A stretch of DNA of 36,425 bases. Origin: Deltaproteobacteria bacterium (GTDB lineage Bacteria > Myxococcota > JACRCW01). Positions 9,584 through 18,710 of the stretch are shown piece after piece. The notes under the pieces are model-generated. The model ran no database searches, was not told the origin of the DNA, and was given only the letters and a program-made list of their open reading frames with translations. Every line of letters starts with the position of its first letter. Within the stretch, counting starts at the first letter, position 1. The stretch lies in assembly GCA_016218805.1 (NCBI GenBank), contig JACRCW010000110.1:1-36425 (forward strand), read 5' to 3'. The position numbers were made by a program, and so were the translations under genes.

Positions 9584-10189
9584 TCACGCAAGCAGTCGTT
9601 TTTCAACGCTTTTCCAGAAGCGATCCACCTGCGCCTGCAGGTGCTGCAAGCTGCCGTCGTTCTCGAACACGCAGGTGGCGGCGCGCCGCTTGTCCTCGAG
9701 CGGCGCCTGGCTGCGGATGCGGGCGCGGGCCTCGTCCTCGGTGAGCCCGTCCCGGGCGCGCAGGCGGGCCACCTGGGTCGGCTCGCTGGCGGCCACCACC
9801 AGCACTTCCCGCAGGCCGTGGTGCAGGCCGTTCTCCACCAGCAGCGCCGCGTCATAGATGGCCACCGGTGCGCCGCGCGCGGCGGCCTGGGCCACCTCAT
9901 GCTGCGCCGCCTGGGCAATGCGCGGGTGGGTGATGGCGTTGAGGTCCCGCCGGGCCTGCGCGTCCGCAAACACCAGCGCGCCCAGGCGCTTGCGGTCCAG
10001 GGTGCCGTCAGGCGCCAGCAGGTCCGGGCCAAAGCGTGCCACCACCGCCGCCAGTCCGTCCGTGCCCGTGGCCACCACGCGGCGGGCCAGGAGGTCCGCG
10101 TCAACAATGGCGGCACCGTGGGCGGCCAGCAGGCGGCTGACCGTGCTCTTCCCGCACGCAATGCCGCCGGTGAGGCCCCAGATCTCCAT
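9584..10189 (-). CDS. coaE: Dephospho-CoA kinase
   Basis: True start ATG 10189 (MEIWGLTGGIACGKSTV). VDAD, LDRKRLG..VF, LNAITHPRI and RIRSQ motifs; 201 aa. Confidence 0.95.
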   Translation of the reverse strand: MEIWGLTGGIACGKSTVSRLLAAHGAAIVDADLLARRVVATGTDGLAAVVARFGPDLLAPDGTLDRKRLGALVFADAQARRDLNAITHPRIAQAAQHEVAQAAARGAPVAIYDAALLVENGLHHGLREVLVVAASEPTQVARLRARDGLTEDEARARIRSQAPLEDKRRAATCVFENDGSLQHLQAQVDRFWKSVEKRLLA

Positions 10190-10490
10190 GTGGTCACGCC
10201 CCCCCGCGCGCGGGGCGCCACGACGGGCGCGTGCGGGAGCCGTTGGGGGGAGGGCTGACCATCCGCGGGCCCGGCCGGCCATTTCGCGCGTCGCTGACGA
10301 CGTGCAGGGGGCGGCAGGTTGACACGTCCCTAGGGGCTGCAAAACCACGGAAACCCGCGCCGCGCGGGGTGCGTTGTGGGGCTGGTCCTTGGGATGCAGG
10401 GTCGTGCAGCCACGGGTGACTTCTCGGACACGTTCCAGGAAGCGCAATCCGCCATGCCTCGCGCTCTTGGTTAACCTCGCTGACGGAAGC

Positions 10491-10516
10491 GGGCGGGGGA
10501 CAAGCCCCCGCCCTAC
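10491..10516 (-). repeat. GTAG-type REP-like palindrome (copy 2)
   Basis: Minus strand GTAG-GGCGGGGG-CTTGT-CCCCCGCCC. Confidence 0.85.
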
Positions 10517-11029
10517 GACGTCGGTCAATCGCCGCATCTGGACGCATCGATCGGGATGCAGGGTCGTGCAGCCACGGGTGACTGAGGCAACGGAGATTCG
10601 CGCCGCGCCTGGTGCGGTGTGGGGCGGGGGCTCGTCTTTGGGATGCAGGGTGGTGCAACCACGGGCGACGGAGGCAACGGAGATTCGCGCCGCGCAGGGT
10701 GGGTTGTGGGGCGGGTCCTTGGGATGCAGGGTCGTGCAGCCACGGGCGACGGAGGCAACGGAGATTCGCGCCGCGCAGGGTGCGTTGTGGGGCGGGTCCT
10801 TGGGATGCAGGGTCGTGCAGCCACGGGTGACGGAGGCAACGGAGATTCGGGCCGCGCAGGGTGCGCTGTGGGGCGGATCCTTGGGGTGCACGGTCGTGCA
10901 GCCACGGGTGACGGAGGCAACGGAGATTCGGGCCGCGCAGGGTGCGCTGTGGGGCGGGTCCTTGGGGTGCACGGTCGTGCAGCGACGGGCGACGGAGGCA
11001 ACGGAGATTCGCGCCGCGCCAGGTGCGTC

Positions 11030-11055
11030 GTAGGGCGGGGGCTCGTCCCCCGCCC
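11030..11055 (+). repeat. GTAG-type REP-like palindrome (copy 3)
   Basis: GTAG-GGCGGGGG-CTCGT-CCCCCGCCC. Confidence 0.85.
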
Positions 11056-11159
11056 GATTGGGATGCAGGGTCGTGCAGCCGCGGGTGACTTCTCGGACAC
11101 GTTCCAGGAAGCACAATCCGCCCTGCCGCGCGCTCTTGGTTACCCTCGCTGACGGAAGC

Positions 11160-11194
11160 GGGCGGGGGACAAGCCGGACAAACCCCCGCCCCAC
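11160..11194 (-). repeat. GTGG-variant REP-like palindrome (copy 4)
   Basis: Minus strand GTGG-GGCGGGGG-TTTGTCCGGCTTGT-CCCCCGCCC; inverted relative to copy 3. Confidence 0.8.
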
Positions 11195-11323
11195 GAGGTG
11201 GGTCAATCGCCGCATCTGGAGGCTTCGTCGCGCCCAGAAGGAGGGACGCCCGGCGGCCCCGGCGGACGGACACCATGCTGGCGTCCTCCGCCCCGCCGCA
11301 CCGCGGGCCGCACACCACGGGGC

Positions 11324-11842
11324 TCAGTCCGGCCCCTCTTCGGTGCTGCCGCCGCCCTTGTCCTTGTCCTTGGAATCGCGGACCGGCGGCTTCTTGGCGT
11401 TGGGCTTGGCCTCCACAAACAGCAGCACCTTCACCGTGCGCCCGCCCTTCTCAAAGAACACCACCAGGCCTTCGCGCTCATAGTGCCAATAGGTGAGGAA
11501 CTCGTCGGTGAGCTTCTTGCGGTATTCGTCGCCGTAGGCCTCCTCCACGGTGCCACGGTCCAGGTCCACGTCAGGGAAGACGCTGATCTCCAGCAGCTTG
11601 CCGCCGGCGTCCAGGCAGATGTGCGCCTCCTTGGTGCCCTCGGGCTTCTGCTCGCCGCCGTAGATGAGCTTCTGGGCGCATTTGCCCTGGTTGTCGCTCA
11701 CCTTGGGCGGCTTGCCCAGCTTCTGCTCCACCTCCGCCCGCAGGCTCTTGCCCGGCGTCAGCCCCTTCCACGTCTTGGCCGCGGCCACGGACGGAAGCCC
11801 CGTGAGCGCCACCACCACCACCGTCGTCAAACCCGCGCGCAT
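11324..11842 (-). CDS. Secreted hypothetical protein (172 aa)
   Basis: GAGGGAG RBS, signal peptide ending AAA, WKGLTPGKSLRAEVEQKLGKP (SmpA/OmlA-like start), native codon usage. Confidence 0.7.
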   Translation of the reverse strand: MRAGLTTVVVVALTGLPSVAAAKTWKGLTPGKSLRAEVEQKLGKPPKVSDNQGKCAQKLIYGGEQKPEGTKEAHICLDAGGKLLEISVFPDVDLDRGTVEEAYGDEYRKKLTDEFLTYWHYEREGLVVFFEKGGRTVKVLLFVEAKPNAKKPPVRDSKDKDKGGGSTEEGPD

Positions 11843-11965
11843 GGGACTCCCTCGTTCTCCGCGCTACAGACCCCCGGCCGGTCACAGGAGTAACCACGCG
11901 GGTGCTGCCCGGTCAAATCCGTGCTGGCGCGCGCGGGCCGGCCGCGACTAGGGTGCGCGCCCGCC

Positions 11966-12469
11966 ATGAAGCGGTTGCTGGTTGTTCTGACGTTGGCGGC
12001 GCTGCCGTTGTTCGGGGTGGGCGCCGCCGCGCGCGAGGGCGTGCAGGAGAGCGAATACGTGGGCGCAGCGCACTGCGCCGGCTGCCACCCCGCGGAATAC
12101 GACGCGTGGAAGGCGTCCCCGCACGCGCGCGCCCTGGAGGGCCTGTCCGCGACGGAGCAGAAGGATGCGCGCTGCCGGCAGTGCCACACCACCAGCCCGG
12201 ATGACGCGGATCCCGCCCTGGCCGGCGTGCAGTGCGAGGCATGCCACGGGCGCGGTCGCTATTACTCGGCGCGCTGGGTCATGAAGGACCCGGAGCTCCG
12301 CGGCGCCCTGTTCTATGAACGCGGCAAGGCGGACACCTGCAAGCGCTGCCACAATGACATGAGCCCGTCCCTGACCCCGTTTGAGTTTGACAAGAAGATG
12401 GCGCTGATCCGGCACGGCCCGCCCGTGGGCACGCCGGTGGGCCCGCCCACGCCGGAGAAGCCAAAGTGA
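11966..12469 (+). CDS. Periplasmic tetraheme c-type cytochrome (c554/c-prime-like)
   Basis: Start ATG 11966 with signal peptide. Four CxxCH motifs (CAGCH, CRQCH, CEACH, CKRCH) and YVG..C..CH..EY..W..SPHA. Confidence 0.9.
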   Translation: MKRLLVVLTLAALPLFGVGAAAREGVQESEYVGAAHCAGCHPAEYDAWKASPHARALEGLSATEQKDARCRQCHTTSPDDADPALAGVQCEACHGRGRYYSARWVMKDPELRGALFYERGKADTCKRCHNDMSPSLTPFEFDKKMALIRHGPPVGTPVGPPTPEKPK

Positions 12470-13884
12470 CCACCACCACCGCCACACCGACCACGGCCGC
12501 CCCCGCGTTCTCCCTGGCCGCGGTGTATGACGCCATCTTCCGCTTCTTCTGCTCGCTGCGCCTCACCGTGCTGCTGACCACGGTGCTGACCGCCGGCTGC
12601 TTCGTCGGGATGTTCGTTGATCAGACCAAGACATTTGAGGAGCACGCCAAGGTCTGGATGAACTCGCCCTACCAATGGAAGTACCGCATGTTTGCGGCGC
12701 TGGAATTCCATGACGTGTTCCACAGCTGGTGGTTTGCGGTGTTCATCCTGCTGCTGGCGCTCAACCTGGTGGCCTGTTCCATTGAGCGGCTGCCCAAGAT
12801 CTGGCTGGACATCCAGCACGCGGACCCGCGGCTGACGGCGGTGCGCGAGCGCGGGGTGCGCAACAAGGCGCAGTTCCGCGTGGGTGACGGGCCCGCGTTT
12901 GAAACGGCGTTCCTCAAGGCCGTGGGCCGCTCGGCCAAGGCGGTCACCCTGGACGAAGGTGACACGCGCTACCTGTTCACCGAGAAACAGAAGTACGCGC
13001 GCCTGGGCGTGTACGCGGTGCACACGGCGCTGCTGCTCATCATGTTCGGCTCCATGGCCACGACGATCTACGGTTTTGACGGGCAGATTGGCGTGGTGGA
13101 GGGGGAGCAGAACCGGTGGGCGTTTGGCCGGGGCCCGGCGGGGCTGCGCTACCGCAAGGACCTGGGCTTCTGGGTGAAGTGCACGGACTTCCGCCTCAAG
13201 CAGTTTGTGGACGGCGCGCCCATGGACTTTGAGAGCGACCTCATCATCATCAAGAACGGCCGCGAGATGGTGAAGAAGACCATCCAGGTGAATGACCCGC
13301 TGGAGTTTGACGGGTACACGCTTTACCAGTCCAGCTACCAACCGGTGCCTGGCGACGAGAAAGTGTCCCTGGCCATTGGCAAGCCCGGCCAGCCCAAGAC
13401 CACGCATGCCGTGTCCCCGGGGCAGCCCATCAACCTGGGGGACGTGACCTACGTCCCGCTGGAGATCATCCCGCAGTACGCCAGCCTGGGCGCCGCGGTG
13501 CGCGTGCAGCAGGTCATCCAGGGGCAGGCGCCCACCAGCTTTGTGGTGTTCCGGGACTACCCGGACCTGGACGAACAGGTCCGCCGCGGCCCGTACGCGC
13601 TGCACTACAAGGGCGCGGACAAGACGTACATGACGGGCATTGCCGTGGGCGTGGTGCCCGGCGTGTCGGTGGTGTTCTGGGGGTTCACCATCATGTTCAT
13701 TGGCATGTACATGGCGTTCTTCATGAGCCACCGGCGCTACTGGCTGCGGCTGCAGAAGGCCAAGGACGGCTGGGAGGTGACGGTGGCGGGGGCGTCGCGG
13801 CGGCACCAGCTGGCGTTTGAAGAGGAGATGGACGCGTTGCTCAAGACGCTGGAGGGCCTGCCCGGCGTGCGCCGGAAGGCGTGA
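12466..13884 (+). CDS. resB: Cytochrome c biogenesis protein ResB (system II)
   Basis: N-terminal TM segments, DVFHSWWF..LL..NLVACSIERLP, VH..LL, IQVNDPL..DG..LYQSSY, C-terminal TM followed by SHRRYW. GTGA overlap with the cytochrome stop. Confidence 0.9.
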   Translation: MTTTTATPTTAAPAFSLAAVYDAIFRFFCSLRLTVLLTTVLTAGCFVGMFVDQTKTFEEHAKVWMNSPYQWKYRMFAALEFHDVFHSWWFAVFILLLALNLVACSIERLPKIWLDIQHADPRLTAVRERGVRNKAQFRVGDGPAFETAFLKAVGRSAKAVTLDEGDTRYLFTEKQKYARLGVYAVHTALLLIMFGSMATTIYGFDGQIGVVEGEQNRWAFGRGPAGLRYRKDLGFWVKCTDFRLKQFVDGAPMDFESDLIIIKNGREMVKKTIQVNDPLEFDGYTLYQSSYQPVPGDEKVSLAIGKPGQPKTTHAVSPGQPINLGDVTYVPLEIIPQYASLGAAVRVQQVIQGQAPTSFVVFRDYPDLDEQVRRGPYALHYKGADKTYMTGIAVGVVPGVSVVFWGFTIMFIGMYMAFFMSHRRYWLRLQKAKDGWEVTVAGASRRHQLAFEEEMDALLKTLEGLPGVRRKA

Positions 13885-13892
13885 GGGGGGCC

Positions 13893-14126
13893 ATGCGGAC
13901 GACCCGGAGACCGCCGCGCCCCTTGTCACCCGCGCAGAAGCTCCGCGTTGCGTTTGAGTTGGCGGATGCGGCGGTGGAGATGATGAAGGCCCGCATCCGG
14001 CGTGAGCACCCTGTGTTGTCGTCCTGGGAACGGGCGGCGCTGCTGGTCCGCTGGGTGCAGACGCGGCCCGGCGCCGAGTGGGGCGACGGCGAAGGAAGGC
14101 CGGTTCCGTGGCACGGCGCCCGCTGA
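13893..14126 (+). CDS. Small helical hypothetical protein (77 aa), resembling partners of nucleotidyltransferase TA-like pairs
   Basis: GAGGGGGG RBS then ATG 13893. The LSPAQKLRVAFELADAAVEMMKARIRREHP pattern is recognised by resemblance only. Confidence 0.55.
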   Translation: MRTTRRPPRPLSPAQKLRVAFELADAAVEMMKARIRREHPVLSSWERAALLVRWVQTRPGAEWGDGEGRPVPWHGAR

Positions 14127-14138
14127 GTGAACCACGGC

Positions 14139-14173
14139 GTAGGGCGGGGGCTTGTCCGGGCTGGTCCCCCGCC
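14139..14173 (+). repeat. GTAG-type REP-like palindrome (copy 5)
   Basis: GTAG-GGCGGGGG-CTTGTCCGGGCTGGT-CCCCCGCC, with 5' flank TGAACCACGGC similar to TGAGCCACGTC of copy 1. Confidence 0.8.
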
Positions 14174-14515
14174 TCAGTTCACAGTCACCCGCACCGCCGT
14201 CACATCGTATCGGCAACCGCGCTGCTGTGGGCGTTGGCCTGCGCGCCGTGGCGGCCAGACCCCGCGGACTACGACCGCACCTGCACGCGCGACAGCGCGT
14301 GCGTGCTGCAGGCTTCGCGGTGCGAGAATGAGCGGTGTTGTGCGGGATGGCCCATGAGCACCGAAGGTGCGGAGCGCTACCGCGACGACGACGCGCGGGC
14401 CCCGTGCCGGCCGGGCCCGGCCACGATGGAATGCCTGTGCGAGTCCGCGGAGCCGGCGTGTGTTCGCGGCACCTGCGAGGCAGTGGCGACCCACCTGCGC
14501 GACGGCGGCTCCTGA
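14174..14515 (+). pseudogene. Cys-rich lipoprotein-like reading frame with no start codon after the REP
   Basis: HRRHIVSATALLWALAC (signal peptide and lipobox-like), then YDRTCTRDSAC..CC..C..CLC..PACVRGTC. No in-frame ATG or GTG between the REP and the signal peptide. Confidence 0.5.
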
Positions 14516-14648
14516 GGAAGCCCGACGCCAGGTCGCGGCACCCGCAGCAGGGCGGTCACCGCGCACCAGCGGTGCAGGTGACCCACCCCAGCGCATTCCG
14601 GCAGCAGACCGGCAGGTTCGCCGTGGTGTCCCGGCGCATCGTGCTTGC

Positions 14649-14822
14649 GACACCAGCACGCCCGGTGGCCGGCACCAGCACGCCCGGCAAGCCACACCAG
14701 CACAACCGGCAGTCAACCCGGCAGGTGCCGGACCGGTTCCCGGGCCCGCTGGTGTCGGTTGCTGGGCCCGCTGGTGTCGGTTCCCGGGCCCGCTGGTGTC
14801 GGTTGCTGGGCGTGCTGGTGTG
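14649..14822. repeat. Two inverted arrays of a 22-bp unit
   Basis: Four units GGTT(CCC/GCT)GGGC(CC/GT)GCTGGTGT(C/G) at 14735, 14757, 14779 and 14801. Three reverse-orientation units (CACCAGCAC core) at 14649, 14671 and 14693. Central CCGGCA-GG-TGCCGG. Confidence 0.85.
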
Positions 14823-14960
14823 GAACGCATGGCATGGAAACAACTCATGAAAGGCCCACCGGCTGTCCTGGCGCCCTCCGGGCGGGAGGCTGTGCGGGTG
14901 TTCCACCTACACGCACGGACTGAGCAGCCCCCGCGTGCTTGGTTGCCTTGCCCGCGCGCG

Positions 14961-17030
14961 TCACGCCCACGCAGCGCGCCACCGTTCGTACGCCTCCGGC
15001 ACCTCCACGTGGACGCTGCCCTCCGCCGGCAGGCGCTGCACCACCTCGCCGTCCGCCCCGCACAACGTGACGGCGAACTCCGCCGTCTCCCCGTGGGACA
15101 CGCCGCACGCGGACAACGGCCAGCACGCCGTCACCACGCGCCCCACCGCCGCGCGCGCGCCGGTGCACGCGCCGGAGGGGAGCATCAGGCTGACGCGGAC
15201 CGGCGGCTCACCCACGCGCTCCCAGCGCAGTTCCCCCGCGGGGATCACGCCCTCACGGAAGCGCGCGCACAGCCACAGCGCCTCCACGGTGGAACCCAGC
15301 AGCACCTCCTCCACCGGCCCCGCCCCCGTGGCCATGGCAGCACCACCCACGGCACCCACGCGCACCGCGCCGGACCACGCCAGCACGGAGGGCTCGTGCC
15401 CGGTCAGCTCCGGCTGCACCGGCCAGCCCACCGGGGCGCGCGGCCGCACGTGCACGTTCTTCACCGGCTCATCCAGCACGGGCGGCGGGTGCTGCCCCAG
15501 CGCCACGTACGCTTCCCGGATGTGCTCGCGGAACAGCGCGTCATACATGTCCGCTTCGCGCGCGTGGAACTCTTCGCCAAACCACCAGAACCAGTCTGAG
15601 CCCTCCGCGCGCATCAGCAGCGTGCGCGCGCGCTCCACCGCGTCCAACGGGGCACCGGCCGCCCGGGCGCGCTCCACCGCGCGCCGCGCATCACCCAACA
15701 GGCGCCACGCGTGCCGGTCTTCGCCGTGGCCAATCCAGATGGCGAACGTCCCGTCAATCCAGCTGCCCGCGTGCAGCCGGGACAACTTGCGCCGCACCGG
15801 TGACGCCGCCAGGTGCGCGGCGGGGGACACGCACCGCACTTCGCGTGACTCGGAGAGTGCGCGCTGCAGGGCCAGCAGGAACGGCCGCCCGGCGCGCGGG
15901 TAGTGCTCCCACGGGTTCTCCCCGTCCAGGATCACCGTCATCACCGGGGGCTGCGCGCGGCCGGAGCGCCGGGATGCAAACGCGCGCGCGCGCTTGAGGA
16001 AGTCGTCCGCCGCCACCTCGGGTTCCTGGAAGCGGTAGGTGAACCCAATGAGATCGCTGACCGCGTGGTCGCGGAAGAACATGGCCACCCGTCCGGACGG
16101 ATCCAGGTGCGGGTCCGCGTGGTCCGGCGCGCGGCCATCCGCGCCCGCGCTGCGCCGCAGCACCAGCTCGTCGGTGGCGCAGTGGGTCACGCCGCACTCG
16201 CCCAGCATGGCCACCGCCGCTTCGCTCACGCTGCCCTCCGCCGGCCACATCCCGGCGGGTTTCTTTCCCAGCACCTCGGCCACGCGGGTCAGGCCGCGCT
16301 GCACCTGCTCCTGCGCGTCTTCCGGGAACGCAAACCGTGGCGGCCGCGGGTTGGCCGGCAGCGCCAGGGACATCACGTCGCTGTCAATGAGCAGCGGCAG
16401 GATCGGGTGGTAGTACGGCGTGGCGGTCACCTCGATGCGGCCCGCCGCCCACAACGCGCGGTAGCGCTTGAGCACCTCCGCGCACGCGCCCACTGTCTCC
16501 GCCACCAGCGCCGCGCGTTCAGCCTCCGTGAAGCCGCGCCCTTTCTCCACCAGCGACCGCACCACGCCGGGCCGTTCACACAGCGTGGCGCCGCAGAAAC
16601 CCAACTGGGCCAGCACCGTGAGGTCCAGCAGGTCCGCGGCAGGCAACGCCTCACCCCGCGCCACGCGCGCGCGCAACTCGTCCAGGCGGGGAAGCCCCAC
16701 CACGGGCGTGGGACCGCCGCCGCCCATGCGCTGGGTGACCTCCGCCACCTCGGCGGCGGAGAGCGCGGACGGCGGGATGGCGCACAGCTCCATCCAACGG
16801 TCCGTGGCGCCGGGCTCCCCGTAGCGGACCAGCTGGTCCAGCAGCGACGGGACAAAGTTGAACGTGTGCGTCATCCGGTCCGCGCTGGGGTGCTCCGCGG
16901 CCACCGCCATGTCCAGGTAGCCGCGGGATGCGTGCAGGCGCACCCACGGCAGGCGCGCCTGGCCGGTGCGGGGGTCCAGGTACCAGGGCTGGTGATGGTG
17001 CCACCACAGGATGACGTGACCGGTATCCAC
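14961..17030 (-). CDS. Glycoside hydrolase family 57 (amylopullulanase/alpha-glucan enzyme)
   Basis: [33 protein letters not shown] (nucleophile E), ILDGENPWE (acid/base D), AEGSDWFWW. Start probably GTG 17030. Confidence 0.92.
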   Translation of the reverse strand: MDTGHVILWWHHHQPWYLDPRTGQARLPWVRLHASRGYLDMAVAAEHPSADRMTHTFNFVPSLLDQLVRYGEPGATDRWMELCAIPPSALSAAEVAEVTQRMGGGGPTPVVGLPRLDELRARVARGEALPAADLLDLTVLAQLGFCGATLCERPGVVRSLVEKGRGFTEAERAALVAETVGACAEVLKRYRALWAAGRIEVTATPYYHPILPLLIDSDVMSLALPANPRPPRFAFPEDAQEQVQRGLTRVAEVLGKKPAGMWPAEGSVSEAAVAMLGECGVTHCATDELVLRRSAGADGRAPDHADPHLDPSGRVAMFFRDHAVSDLIGFTYRFQEPEVAADDFLKRARAFASRRSGRAQPPVMTVILDGENPWEHYPRAGRPFLLALQRALSESREVRCVSPAAHLAASPVRRKLSRLHAGSWIDGTFAIWIGHGEDRHAWRLLGDARRAVERARAAGAPLDAVERARTLLMRAEGSDWFWWFGEEFHAREADMYDALFREHIREAYVALGQHPPPVLDEPVKNVHVRPRAPVGWPVQPELTGHEPSVLAWSGAVRVGAVGGAAMATGAGPVEEVLLGSTVEALWLCARFREGVIPAGELRWERVGEPPVRVSLMLPSGACTGARAAVGRVVTACWPLSACGVSHGETAEFAVTLCGADGEVVQRLPAEGSVHVEVPEAYERWRAAWA

Positions 17031-17098
17031 GACGGGGCACCATAGCGGCGGTGGCCCGGCGGTGGCCACGGGCCGGCAGACGGACTACGAGCAGGCGC

Positions 17099-17680
17099 AT
17101 GGAAACGGACACAATGCACAGCACGACCATCCTGGCGGTGCGACGCGGGAACCGCACGGTTCTCGTCGGGGATGGCCAGGTGAGCCTGGGCAACACGGTG
17201 GTGAAGTCCAACGCGCGCAAGGTGCGGCGGCTGGGGGATGGGCGCGTGGTGGCCGGTTTTGCGGGGTCCACGGCGGACGCGTTCACGCTGTTTGAGCGCT
17301 TTGAGGCAAAGCTCAAGGAGTACAACCTGCAGCTGCTGCGGGCGGCGGTGGAGCTGGCCAAGGACTGGCGCACCGAGAAGATGTTCCAGCGCCTGGAGGC
17401 GATGCTGCTGGTGGCGGACCACGAGCGGGTGCTGCTCATCAGCGGCGCGGGGGACGTGCTGGAGCCGGATGAGCTGCTGCCCCCCGGGCACGAACACGGG
17501 CCCGCGTCCTGCCACGCCATCGGCTCGGGGGGGCCCTACGCGCTGGCGGCGGCGCGTGCACTGCTGCGGCACACGCCCCTGGACGCGCGCGCGGTGGCGG
17601 AGGAGGCCATGCGCGTGGCGGCGGAAATCTGCGTGTACACCAACGCGAACCTGGTGGTGGAGGAGCTGCCGGCGCCATGA
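17099..17680 (+). CDS. hslV: ATP-dependent protease peptidase subunit HslV
   Basis: [10 protein letters not shown] (catalytic Thr), [38 protein letters not shown]. Start ATG 17099 or 17114. Confidence 0.96.
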   Translation: METDTMHSTTILAVRRGNRTVLVGDGQVSLGNTVVKSNARKVRRLGDGRVVAGFAGSTADAFTLFERFEAKLKEYNLQLLRAAVELAKDWRTEKMFQRLEAMLLVADHERVLLISGAGDVLEPDELLPPGHEHGPASCHAIGSGGPYALAAARALLRHTPLDARAVAEEAMRVAAEICVYTNANLVVEELPAP

Positions 17681-18669
17681 CCGGCTTGCCGGAGCGGCTG
17701 CGCGCGCGCCACCGGGTGCGCGCCGCGGTCCGCGCGCACTTTGAGCGGCACGGCTTCCTGGAGGTGGAGCCGCCCACGGTGGTCCCGGCGCCCGGGATGG
17801 AGCCGCACATCACCGCGGTGGAGCTCACCGTGGACGACGGGCGTGGGCCGCAGCGGCGCTGGCTGCACACCTCGCCCGAATTCGCGATGAAGAAGCTGCT
17901 GGCCGGTGGTGCCGAGCGCATCTACGCGCTGACGCGCGTGTTCCGCGCGGGTGAGCACGGGCCGCACCACCGGCTCGAGTTCACCATGCTGGAGTGGTAC
18001 CGCGCGCACGCGGGCTATCCCGCGCTGATGGAGGACTGCGAGGGGTTGCTGTCCGGCGCGGCGCTGGCGCTGCACGGCACCACGCGGGTGGGGGAACTGG
18101 ACGTGGCACCCCCGTATGAGCGGCTCACGCTGGCCGAGGCGTTCCACCGCTACGCGGGCGTGGACCTGCTGGCGTTTGTGGACCCGCTGGACGGGCGCGG
18201 GCTGCAGCAAGCAGCGCGGCAGGCGGGCCTGGCCGTCGTGGAGGGGCCCGCGGAGGAGCACCCGGTGGAGGCGTTTGAACGCGCGTTCTACGAGGTCATG
18301 CTGGCACGCGTGGAGCCGGCCATGGGTCGGGCGCGGCCCACGTTCCTGTACGACTGGCCCGCGCCGCTGTGCGCGCTGGCACGGCTGTCACCGGCGGACC
18401 CGCGCGTGGCGGAGCGCGTGGAGTTGTACGCGGCGGGGGTGGAGCTGGGGAACGGTTTTGGCGAGCTCACGGATGCGGACGAGCAGGCGGCGCGCTTCCG
18501 CGCGGAGCAGGAGCGCCGCGCGGCCACCGGGCGCCCCGTGTATCCGGTGGATGAGGAGTTCCTGGAGGCGCTGCGGCGCATGCCGCCGGCGGCGGGGATG
18601 GCAGTGGGACTGGACCGGCTGCTGATGGTGGCCGCGGGGCGGCAGGACCTGGCGGACGTGCTGGCCTGA
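17677..18669 (+). CDS. epmA: EF-P lysine aminoacylase EpmA (GenX/PoxA)
   Basis: [60 protein letters not shown]; no anticodon-binding domain. Confidence 0.93.
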   Translation: MTGLPERLRARHRVRAAVRAHFERHGFLEVEPPTVVPAPGMEPHITAVELTVDDGRGPQRRWLHTSPEFAMKKLLAGGAERIYALTRVFRAGEHGPHHRLEFTMLEWYRAHAGYPALMEDCEGLLSGAALALHGTTRVGELDVAPPYERLTLAEAFHRYAGVDLLAFVDPLDGRGLQQAARQAGLAVVEGPAEEHPVEAFERAFYEVMLARVEPAMGRARPTFLYDWPAPLCALARLSPADPRVAERVELYAAGVELGNGFGELTDADEQAARFRAEQERRAATGRPVYPVDEEFLEALRRMPPAAGMAVGLDRLLMVAAGRQDLADVLA

Positions 18670-18710
18670 CCGCTGGCGGCAATCTTGTCGACACACTACA
18701 TCACCGCGTC

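Larger units (their letters stand above)
10346..11220. repeat. Composite array: six ~81-bp tandem units between two ~155-bp direct repeats, containing REP palindromes
   Basis: Units start GGG(A/G)TGCA(G/C)GGT(C/G)GTGCA at 10553, 10640, 10721, 10802, 10883 and 10964 (periods 87, 81, 81, 81, 81, 96). Block 10391-10542 is repeated at 11060-11220. A partial unit lies at about 10346-10390. Confidence 0.95.

Noticed and set aside
3053..10258. 2401-aa plus-strand ORF
   Set aside because: Antisense shadow of lptD-AMIN-folC-accD-pde-crp-coaE, which are in register; Arg/His/Gly-rich with no motifs. Expected in very high-GC DNA.
10190..11215. 342-aa N-terminal extension of CoaE and other 27-aa-repeat ORFs over the array
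   Set aside because: Several frames on both strands are open because the unit is 81 bp and GC-rich. The canonical CoaE start is at 10189 and the array is built from REP hairpins.
10346..11220. CRISPR array
   Set aside because: The sequence between the conserved hairpins is itself repeated, so there are no unique spacers, and no cas genes are in the window.
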